Source: Patescibacteria group bacterium
GTDB lineage: Bacteria > Patescibacteriota > Patescibacteriia > Patescibacteriales > JBAZCA01
Direction of reading: 5' to 3'
Length of the DNA: 64,000 bases
NCBI GenBank assembly: GCA_041661505.1
Contig: JBAZUF010000001.1
Coordinates: forward strand, 113,576 to 177,575
Position 1 is the first letter of the stretch. The number at the start of each line of letters is the position of its first letter. The notes under the pieces were generated by a model. The model had not been told where the DNA came from. It searched no databases and worked only from the letters and a program-made list of their open reading frames with translations. A program made the position numbers and the translations under genes. Of this stretch, positions 8,793 to 16,115 are shown in pieces.

Positions 8793-9659
8793 ATGGACCA
8801 ACAAAAGAAGGAAGGCAATGTACTTTCCGCATTGTCTTTTTCCGAGTTTTTAGGAAAGGTTTTCGCACTTGAGCAAGGCGAAGCCAACCAGTGCTTCACC
8901 GACCTTTTTAAGGTCATGAAGCGATTGGACGCTCACGAAACCAAGTCCGGAATGCCCGCTCGCTTTGAGAAGGCGCTCCGGAAAACCAAAAACGAAAGAA
9001 GAGAAGAAAAGGAAAATAAAATGAAGACTTTAGGTAAAGACATAATTTTAGGCAAGGGTCAGATATTTGCATTTACCCAGCCAGCTTGCTCGTCAAACAT
9101 CGCTCACAAGACCGATATTGTTTGGCGGCTTGAGGGCGAAACCGTCTCGGGAAAAGAGCAGGCCCAAGGCTGGCTCCTCTACGAGGGGCAAAGCGCGGAA
9201 ATGCTCACCAGCGTGAACACTCACGCAGGTGAATATGTTCAAGGCACCGCCACGGTAACAAACCGAGGAGGGAAGCCCGAAATTAGGAAAAATGCCGGTT
9301 CCATAATGGTTGTATGGGATCCGGAGGGGGAGATGGAATTCCCCTATCCCTTCTCTGCCGTTCTCTACGACCCTGTTACTCACGGGGAACCAAAATACGA
9401 GGACTTCTGTCCTCGCCACTGGTGGACAGAGTGGGAGGGGTTTTCAATTGCGGTCGCGGAATACATAAAGGCGACCGGGCGCGTAGACACCGGGATCAAC
9501 GCCATAAAGAAATACTCCTTTATTGGCGAATACCTGGCGGTCATCGCCGCCGAACTCCATCGGGAGGGTGTGGATGTTCGCCCCCTTCTGAAAGGGGTGG
9601 GACTAGAAAAGATTTTTTCAAAGGCACTGTGCTTGGGTCGAAGAGTCCCGGCAGAATAG
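8793..9659 (+). CDS. orphan hypothetical protein (288 aa)
   Basis: ATG 8793 lies 7 nt after GGAGG; the listed 8706 start lies inside leader hairpins. A 288-codon open frame is very unlikely by chance. Helical N-terminus, KE-rich linker, W/Y-rich C-terminal domain (PRHWWTEWEGF). No family recognised. Confidence 0.7.
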   Translation: MDQQKKEGNVLSALSFSEFLGKVFALEQGEANQCFTDLFKVMKRLDAHETKSGMPARFEKALRKTKNERREEKENKMKTLGKDIILGKGQIFAFTQPACSSNIAHKTDIVWRLEGETVSGKEQAQGWLLYEGQSAEMLTSVNTHAGEYVQGTATVTNRGGKPEIRKNAGSIMVVWDPEGEMEFPYPFSAVLYDPVTHGEPKYEDFCPRHWWTEWEGFSIAVAEYIKATGRVDTGINAIKKYSFIGEYLAVIAAELHREGVDVRPLLKGVGLEKIFSKALCLGRRVPAE

Positions 9660-9688
9660 CCGGGTATATGTTTCTTCCAAACGTCTTT

Positions 9689-9876
9689 CGGCGCCGCTTA
9701 AGCCGGAGACTAGCGGACTCATAATCCGCCGCCTGTTCGTTCAAGTCTTCCGGCGATAGCCAAGCCGGAATTCCATAGCGGATACAATCCGCTCATCCAA
9801 GTTCGGGGAAGAATAGTTGACTACTCTTTCTTCCCCACTCTCCTCAACATGCAATACGAATTGCATAGTGAGGAGA
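9689..9876 (+). other. structured 3' region: tandem ~55-nt RNA modules (one with a tRNA-Met-like anticodon arm) plus two long hairpins
   Basis: M1 9698-9757 and M2 9760-9810 share the ordered blocks AAGCCGGA/TAGCGGA/AATCCGC. Hairpins: GCGGA-CTCATAA-TCCGC (9714-9730), 9779-9793, a 9-bp stem 9806-9837, and a 14-bp two-tier rod 9841-9876. Confidence 0.5.
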
Positions 9877-9880
9877 AATA

Positions 9881-9916
9881 AAAAAACCGCTTAGCATTTT
9901 GCCGAGCGGTTTTTTG
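9881..9916. terminator. bidirectional rho-independent terminator (cassette on +, secF on -)
   Basis: A7 (9881-9887), stem CCGCTTAGCA/TGCCGAGCGG (9888-9910, one mismatch, one G-U), T6 (9911-9916). Confidence 0.75.
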
Positions 9917-9965
9917 TATCTTGAAAATTTTTTGCTAGCTGATTTTTGTTGCCTTAAAACTTATT

Positions 9966-10949
9966 CTAACTTTTCCCCCATTTTTCCCAGAGGACAAGCA
10001 TCGGCGAAGCGACAAAAATTGACGAATAAGTTCCGATAAATATTCCGATCGTTAAAGCTAGGGCAAAAGTTCTGATTGAAGCGCCGCCGAAAATTAAAAC
10101 GGCGAGCAAAGTAAGGATTACGGTTAAGGAGGTATTTAGCGAACGGACTAAGGTTTGGTTTAAGCTGGTGTTGACGGTTCCTTCAAAATCCTCGTCTGAA
10201 CGGGGCAAATTCTCGCGGATCCGGTCGAACACGACTATCGTATCATGGATTGAGTAGCCTAAAACGGTTAAGACGGCGGCAACGAACGGCGTATTTATTT
10301 CTATTCCGTAGAAATGGCCTAAAATCGCGAATACGCCGATGGTGATGATTACGTCATGGATCATGGCGATTAAAGCCGAAAGCCCGTATTTCCAGGATGC
10401 CACCGGCTTGGAAATCCGGCGGAAGGCTATGCTTATATAAACTACAATCGCCGCTAAAACCCAAAAGATGGCGTAAATGGCTTTTTGCTTCAGTTCTTTT
10501 CCGATAGACGGGCCGACTGAAGTGTAGCGGATTTGTTCTACCGTGTTCGCGCCCGAGGTTTCAATCTGGACGGCTCCCAAAGCCTTGTTTTCGGCCTGGA
10601 TCTGGACATTCGGCTTCGCGGCCTGGCTGCCGGCTCCGGCCAGCTCTTCCAGTTTTTTCATCACCGCGTCAGCTTTTTCCTTTTCGGGATTTTGGAACCT
10701 TAAAATTACTCCGTTTTCCCCGACCGGCTGGACTGTTAAACTGCCTAAGCCTTCAGCGCCGAGCTTTTCTTCAACCTGGGTAACCGTCGGCCGCTCGCCG
10801 GAAAACTTCACTTCTAAAAGGCTTCCGCCGGTAAAATCAATGCCGAATTTTAAGCTCCACATTATTAATCCGGCCGCCGCAACTACAAAAATTATTGCCG
10901 AGATGGTTAGCCAGATGTTTTTATGCTGGACAATCTTAAAGTTGGTCAT
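9966..10949 (-). CDS. secF: protein translocase subunit SecF
   Basis: GIDFTGGSLLEV motif and a C-terminal 6-TM SecD/SecF domain (IMIHDVIITIGVFAILG, FDRIRENL). ATG 10949 is preferred; the listed 10958 is a TTG. Confidence 0.92.
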   Translation of the reverse strand: MTNFKIVQHKNIWLTISAIIFVVAAAGLIMWSLKFGIDFTGGSLLEVKFSGERPTVTQVEEKLGAEGLGSLTVQPVGENGVILRFQNPEKEKADAVMKKLEELAGAGSQAAKPNVQIQAENKALGAVQIETSGANTVEQIRYTSVGPSIGKELKQKAIYAIFWVLAAIVVYISIAFRRISKPVASWKYGLSALIAMIHDVIITIGVFAILGHFYGIEINTPFVAAVLTVLGYSIHDTIVVFDRIRENLPRSDEDFEGTVNTSLNQTLVRSLNTSLTVILTLLAVLIFGGASIRTFALALTIGIFIGTYSSIFVASPMLVLWEKWGKS

Positions 10950-11008
10950 AGTAATCAATTATCAGTTAACAATTATCAATTGTAAATTTAACATTTATAA
11001 TTGAAAAT
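10950..11008 (-). repeat. AT-only intercistronic repeat element (secD|secF spacer); homologous to 7217-7289
   Basis: Contains AACAATTATCAAT (10968-10980), identical to 7239-7251; a second CAATTATCA core (10956-10964); and TTGAAAATT (11001-11009). Confidence 0.75.
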
Positions 11009-13078
11009 TTATTTGTGAACTCCGATTAACCAATTTTTCTTTTCAAGCCAGGAGGCGGGAATCAGCCTTAGGAAATTTTTGGTGATGATGATGGCTGAAA
11101 ACATCGAAACCGCCACGCCGATTATTAAAGTTACGGCAAAGCCCTTGACTACGCTGGTGGTGAAAAGTATTAATATAACGCAGGTAATAATAGTAAAGAA
11201 GTTTGAATCGCGGATACTCGGCCAGGCGCGCATAAATCCTTCTTCCAAAGCGACGTCTAAAGGCTTCCCTTTTCTTAACTCTTCGCGCAAACGGGCGAAA
11301 ATTAAGACGTTAGCGTCAACCGCCATTCCGATCGACATAATAAATCCGGCTAATCCGGCCAAAGTTAAAGTTACCGGCCAGAGCTTGAAAATGGCCATAA
11401 CGATTAACGAATAAATCGTCAAAGCAAAAACTGCCAATAGCCCCGGGAAGCGGTAAAAAATAATCATAAAGAAGGCGACAAGCAAGAAAGCGATTAATCC
11501 GGCGTCTAAACTGGCCCTGATTGATTCTTGCCCCAGGCTCGCGCCGACAGTTTCCTGCGAGATTAAATTAATCGGAACCGGAAGCGCGCCGGCGTTTAGG
11601 CGCTGGGCCAGGAGTTTAGCTTCGGTTATAGAAAATTTTCCCGAAATCTGGGCTTTGCCGCCGGTAATTTCCTCATTAACCGTCGGTACGCTAATCGGGT
11701 AGCCGTCCAAAAATATCGCTACCGGCTTGCCTACATTCCTCTTGGTAATTTCCGCGAACATCTTGCCGCCCTCATCGTCAAACTCCAAAGCCACCTGCGG
11801 CGTATTGTCGTTCGGGTCGAATTGGACTACGGCTTTGGATAAATTCTTTCCGGTTAATTCAGTATTTTTCCAGTCGGTTTGCCCGCCGGTGTAATCGGCT
11901 TCGGACTTGGTCCGGACTAAAATATTTTTGATATTATATTCGGTAATCGGCCGCTCGGCTTCTTTAAATATTATGTGATAACCGAACTCGGTTTCCACCG
12001 GATCGGAAATCGTCCCGACTTTTTGGTTCATGGCCGTATCTTCGAAAGCTTTGACCATCTGGCCGGAAGAAAACCATCCCAAAGATCCGCCTGAAGCCGA
12101 TGCCCCCGGTTCGGTTGAATTCTTTTTCGCGAGTTCCGAGAAATTTTTGGGGTTAGCCTGGGCTTTTAATTCTTTTATCTTTTTTAGGGCGTCCTCTTTT
12201 GATAAATCGCTGGTGCAGCTGGTCGCGCCCTTAAAACAAATCAAGATATGCGAAGCTTTTACTTCTTTTTCGGTTTGCTGTTCGTTAAACGGATTTTTCT
12301 TGTCGCGCTTTGCTTCCAGTTTTAATATTTCGAATCCGCCGGCAGTCTTGACTAAATCATTCGTAAATTTTCCCGGAGCTAAATTTTTTACGGCCCCGGC
12401 GATTTCCGGCTGGTCCTTTTCAGTAATCCAGCCCATGTCGCCGCCTTTATCCTTGGTGTCCGGATCTTCGGAATATTGCTTGGCTAAAGCCGAGAAATCG
12501 CCGCCGGACATAACTTTCCCTAAAGCTTCGGCTGCCTTGGCTTCGGCCTTTTTATTATAGTCGTCCATCTGTTTTTTCTGGTCAGCGGTAAGGGCCGAAC
12601 CGCCGGCTTTTTCTTCTTTAAATTCCAAAATCGGAGTTTCGCCAATCATCTTAATCGCTTCATTCACGTCTTTTACTCCGGCCAGCTCCACTACTACCTG
12701 GTATTCTCCGGCGCCGGTCCGGTTGGTTTGGACTACCGGCTCGGATACGCCGAATACGTTAATCCGGCGCTCAATTACGTCCCGGACGCCCGATAGGGCG
12801 TTGGCGCGGTCAGCTGAAGCGATATTATCTACATTAGCCTGGTAGACAAGATGGGTTCCGCCCTGCAAATCCAGTCCCAGCCGGAAAGGAAATTCCTTGA
12901 TTTTGGGCAGTCTTATACTATTATTGGTTTTTGCCGCCAGCCAGTCGGTTCCCTTGTTATAGTAGTTTCCGCCGGCAATTCGCCCGGCGCCGAGAGCGAG
13001 GATTAAGATTAAAACAAAAACCCAGCGGACTTTTCCGCGTTCGCCGGGCCGAATAATTGATTCGAGAATATTGGCCAT
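11009..13078 (-). CDS. secD: protein translocase subunit SecD with two parvulin-type PPIase domains inserted in the periplasmic P1 head
   Basis: SecD core: LGLDLQGGTHLVY, PVAIFLDGYPISVPTV, LNAGALPVP and the C-terminal 6-TM domain. Between LEFKEEK and WKNTELTG lies ~240 aa with the parvulin signatures ASHILI...GGSLGWFSSGQMVKAFED...EFGYHII, plus a degenerate copy GGDMGWI...GGFEILKL. Confidence 0.9.
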   Translation of the reverse strand: MANILESIIRPGERGKVRWVFVLILILALGAGRIAGGNYYNKGTDWLAAKTNNSIRLPKIKEFPFRLGLDLQGGTHLVYQANVDNIASADRANALSGVRDVIERRINVFGVSEPVVQTNRTGAGEYQVVVELAGVKDVNEAIKMIGETPILEFKEEKAGGSALTADQKKQMDDYNKKAEAKAAEALGKVMSGGDFSALAKQYSEDPDTKDKGGDMGWITEKDQPEIAGAVKNLAPGKFTNDLVKTAGGFEILKLEAKRDKKNPFNEQQTEKEVKASHILICFKGATSCTSDLSKEDALKKIKELKAQANPKNFSELAKKNSTEPGASASGGSLGWFSSGQMVKAFEDTAMNQKVGTISDPVETEFGYHIIFKEAERPITEYNIKNILVRTKSEADYTGGQTDWKNTELTGKNLSKAVVQFDPNDNTPQVALEFDDEGGKMFAEITKRNVGKPVAIFLDGYPISVPTVNEEITGGKAQISGKFSITEAKLLAQRLNAGALPVPINLISQETVGASLGQESIRASLDAGLIAFLLVAFFMIIFYRFPGLLAVFALTIYSLIVMAIFKLWPVTLTLAGLAGFIMSIGMAVDANVLIFARLREELRKGKPLDVALEEGFMRAWPSIRDSNFFTIITCVILILFTTSVVKGFAVTLIIGVAVSMFSAIIITKNFLRLIPASWLEKKNWLIGVHK

Positions 13079-13217
13079 ATTGATGAATAAGGGTTAGATT
13101 ATGCGCTTGAGCATAAATTCAGGCTCTTTTAGCGGCATTTAACAAAAAACAAAAACGCATAAAACGCATTTGTTAATATTTTATACAAGTTTTAAACAAA
13201 AATCAAGGGTCAGAATG

Positions 13218-15920
13218 TCATGCTCCGTGGCACTTCTTATATTTCTTTCCCGACCCGCAGGGGCATAAGTCGTTTCGGCCGATTTTTTCTCCTTCGGCGT
13301 TTAATTGCTTTCTTTGGACAAATTCCACCTTTTCGCTTCCCGCTTCTCCGGCTTTTGACATCTCTTTGGCCGGCGCCGAAAATCTTATTTGCCGGTTAGC
13401 GAGCAAGTTCTTTTGGGACTGCGCCACTTGCATGTCCCCCACTTTATATATGCTATAGACAACTTGCTTTTGGATTAGCGCGTTTAATTCATTAAACATC
13501 CGGAATGATTCTTTTTTGTATTCGATCAAAGGGTCGCGCTGGCCGTAACCCCGGAGGCCGATGCCCCGGCGCATGTAATCCATCGCTTCAAGATGCTCAA
13601 TCCAGTTTAAGTCGATCGACCGCAAAAGTATTTGTTTTTCCACCTCGCGCCATTCGATGCCGGCGCCGCCAGCCGCCTGTTCCAGTTTTTCGTAGAGCCC
13701 TTTAGCCAGGCCGGAAAGATGCTCGATTATTTTCGTCCGGCCGTTCGCCTTATTCAATTTATTATTTTCACCGGCGATTTGGGTTATGTCTTCCTTTAAT
13801 TTCTCCTCTACCGGAAAAATCGTTCCAGCCACCTGGTAAATTTCCTCCAAGTTCCAGACTTTCAGCAAATCCGAAGCAGTATGGAACGAAACCACCTGCT
13901 CGATTTCATTTTCAACCATTTCTAAAATCAGCTTCTTATAATCCGCGTCCGGCTCCAAAATTTCGTTTCTCCTCCGGTAAATAGATTCGCGGTGCTTGTT
14001 GATTACGTCGTCGTATTCAACCAAATGCTTTCTTGTATCAAAATTGTTAGCCTCGACTTTTTTTTGCGCCGATTCAATTGACTTTGAAATCAATTTATTT
14101 TCAATCGGCATGTCTTCAGGAACGCGCAAGGTCGTCATCATGCTTTTCATCCGATCGCCGCCGAAGATGCGCATTAAGTCGTCTTCCAAAGAAACAAAAA
14201 ACAAGCTCGAGCCCGGATCGCCTTGGCGGCCGGCCCGGCCCCGCAGCTGGTTGTCGATGCGGCGCGCTTCGTGGCGCTCGGTGCCGACTACGTGCAGTCC
14301 GCCCAGTTCTAAAACTTTTTTTTGCTCTTCGGGATTAGCCGGGTTCCCGCCTAAGATAATATCGACGCCGCGGCCGGCCATATTGGTAGCAATCGTTATC
14401 GCGCCCAGCCGCCCGGCTTGGGCGATGAACATAGCTTCTTTTTCGTGGTTTTTCGCGTTTAAAACGTTCGGCCGGAGCCCTTCCCGCTCCATCATCCCGG
14501 CTAAAACTTCGTTTTTTTCAATAGAAATCGTACCGACTAAAACCGGCTGGCCTTTTTCGCTCCGCTCTTTTACTTCGCGCACCACCGCCTGGTATTTTGC
14601 TTCTTCAGTCTTGAAAATTAAATCATTATTATCTTTTCTTATCATCGGCCGGTGGGTTGGAATGACGATGGTTTCCAGATTATAAATTTTATAAAACTCT
14701 TCCGCTTCGGTTAGGGCCGTACCGGTCATGCCGGCCAGTTTTATATACATGCGGAAATAATTTTGAAAAGTAATGGTCGCGAGAGTCTGTGATTCGCGCT
14801 GGACGTTTACGCCTTCCTTAGCTTCAATAGCCTGGTGCAAGCCTTCGGAATACCGGCGGCCGTGCATCATCCGCCCGGTAAATTCGTCGACGATTATCAC
14901 TTCCCCGTCTTTTACGACGTAATCTTTGTCGCGCTTAAATAAAACCCGGGCTTTCAGGGCCTGCTCGATATGGTGCACTTCCTTTACTCCGCCGGCAGTA
15001 TAAATATTCTGGACATTCAAAAACTTTTCCATTTTATGGATTCCTTCTTCGGTCAAAGTGGCCGCCCGCATTTTTTCGTCGACGTTATAATCTTCATTTT
15101 CCGCGAGCCGGCCGACCAGTTCGGAAAACTTGAAATATTTATCAGTCGATTCTTCGGCCGGAGCGGAAATTATCAAAGGCGTCCGGGCTTCGTCGATTAA
15201 AATCGAATCGACTTCATCGACGATGGCGTAATACAAGCCGCGCTGGACTTTGTCGTCCAGGCGCACGACCATGTTATCGCGCAAATAATCAAAACCGTAT
15301 TCGTTATTAGTACCGTAAGTAATGTCCGCCCGGTAAGCCTCGCCCCGCTCGACCGGCATAAGATGCATTAAGCGGTCGTCGAATTTTGATTCGTCTTTGT
15401 AACCCAGGCTGTAAACATATCCGGCCTCATGGGCGATTACGCCGGTGGCCATTCCGAGAGCATCGTAAAGCGGCGCCATCCAGCCGGCGCCGACTTTGGC
15501 CAAATAATCATTGACGGTAATTAAATGCGCCCCTTTGCCGGCTAAAGCGTTTAAATACAAGGGCAAGGTCGCCACCAAAGTTTTTCCTTCTCCGGTCCGC
15601 ATTTCCGCGATTTGTCCGCGGTGCAAAATTATCCCGCCGATTAATTGGACGTCGTAATGCCTTTGTCCGATTTTTCTTTTGGCCGCTTCGCGCACTGCCG
15701 CGAACGCTTCCGGCAGGATTTCGTCCAAAGCTGACTTTTCTTCCATCTTTTTCTTTAACTCTTCCAGCCGCGCGCGCAAAGCCGCGGTCGTCAGCCGCAA
15801 ATCTTCATCCGATAAGGCCTGGTATTTTTCTTCCAGGCTGTTAATCTGGCCGACGATCGGCCGCAAAGCTTTCATGGTCTTTTCGTTCGGGTCGCCCAAT
15901 AGTTTTGATAATATTCCCAT
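13218..15920 (-). CDS. secA: preprotein translocase ATPase SecA
   Basis: MRTGEGKTL Walker A, DEVDSILIDEARTPLIIS, TNMAGRGVDI, and the C-terminal zinc motif CPCGSGKKYKKCHG. ATG 15920 (MGILSKLLG) is preferred over 15932. Confidence 0.97.
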   Translation of the reverse strand: MGILSKLLGDPNEKTMKALRPIVGQINSLEEKYQALSDEDLRLTTAALRARLEELKKKMEEKSALDEILPEAFAAVREAAKRKIGQRHYDVQLIGGIILHRGQIAEMRTGEGKTLVATLPLYLNALAGKGAHLITVNDYLAKVGAGWMAPLYDALGMATGVIAHEAGYVYSLGYKDESKFDDRLMHLMPVERGEAYRADITYGTNNEYGFDYLRDNMVVRLDDKVQRGLYYAIVDEVDSILIDEARTPLIISAPAEESTDKYFKFSELVGRLAENEDYNVDEKMRAATLTEEGIHKMEKFLNVQNIYTAGGVKEVHHIEQALKARVLFKRDKDYVVKDGEVIIVDEFTGRMMHGRRYSEGLHQAIEAKEGVNVQRESQTLATITFQNYFRMYIKLAGMTGTALTEAEEFYKIYNLETIVIPTHRPMIRKDNNDLIFKTEEAKYQAVVREVKERSEKGQPVLVGTISIEKNEVLAGMMEREGLRPNVLNAKNHEKEAMFIAQAGRLGAITIATNMAGRGVDIILGGNPANPEEQKKVLELGGLHVVGTERHEARRIDNQLRGRAGRQGDPGSSLFFVSLEDDLMRIFGGDRMKSMMTTLRVPEDMPIENKLISKSIESAQKKVEANNFDTRKHLVEYDDVINKHRESIYRRRNEILEPDADYKKLILEMVENEIEQVVSFHTASDLLKVWNLEEIYQVAGTIFPVEEKLKEDITQIAGENNKLNKANGRTKIIEHLSGLAKGLYEKLEQAAGGAGIEWREVEKQILLRSIDLNWIEHLEAMDYMRRGIGLRGYGQRDPLIEYKKESFRMFNELNALIQKQVVYSIYKVGDMQVAQSQKNLLANRQIRFSAPAKEMSKAGEAGSEKVEFVQRKQLNAEGEKIGRNDLCPCGSGKKYKKCHGA

Positions 15921-16098
15921 ATAAAAATACAATAAGCTTTTGCCTATTATTGTTTACTTTCGTTAATCTTTTATTAAACCATTATAATCCCTTTGGGCTG
16001 AAAAATCAACCGCCAAAAAGCCTTAAAATGGCCGAGATTCTATTCCATTCCTCCGAACCGCGCCTAAAATTGGCTCTGCTGTATATAATACTTATTTA

Positions 16099-16107
16099 TG
16101 GTATAAT
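16099..16107 (+). promoter_or_regulatory. extended -10 promoter element (TGgTATAAT) 8 nt before ATG 16116; candidate leaderless transcript
   Basis: TG 16099-16100, TATAAT 16102-16107, ATG at 16116. No Shine-Dalgarno is possible in the 8-nt gap. A second TATAAT lies at 16084-16089. Confidence 0.45.
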
Positions 16108-16115
16108 ATATTTAT

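Noticed and set aside
9093-9744. Overlapping alternative-frame ORFs inside the cassette (9093-9419 minus, 9314-9724 plus, 9541-9744 minus).
   Set aside because: They are nested in or overlap the 288-aa frame, which has a proper GGAGG-ATG start. Their Arg/Gly/Pro-rich translations are typical of off-frame reading of GC-richer DNA.
9689-9758. A possible tRNA-Met (CAU) gene. It has a perfect anticodon arm (9714-9730), a T-loop-like TTCAAGT (9741-9747) and a GG-containing D-loop-like stretch.
   Set aside because: No cloverleaf can be drawn. The would-be T stem (GTTCG/CTTCC) pairs at only 2 of 5 positions. The D stem competes for the same bases as the anticodon stem. The acceptor pairs at 5 of 7 at best. 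I therefore report it as a tRNA-like mimic or relic inside the cassette 3' region, not as a functional tRNA gene.
13996-14685. Long antisense ORFs opposite conserved genes: 229 aa opposite secA, and also 12030-12560 opposite secD, 28391-28966 opposite the giant gene, 49716-50375 opposite pilT and 59025-59558 opposite the ATPase.
   Set aside because: These are shadow ORFs. They fully overlap strongly supported genes on the other strand, have low-complexity Ser/Pro/Arg-rich translations, and have no start-site signals.
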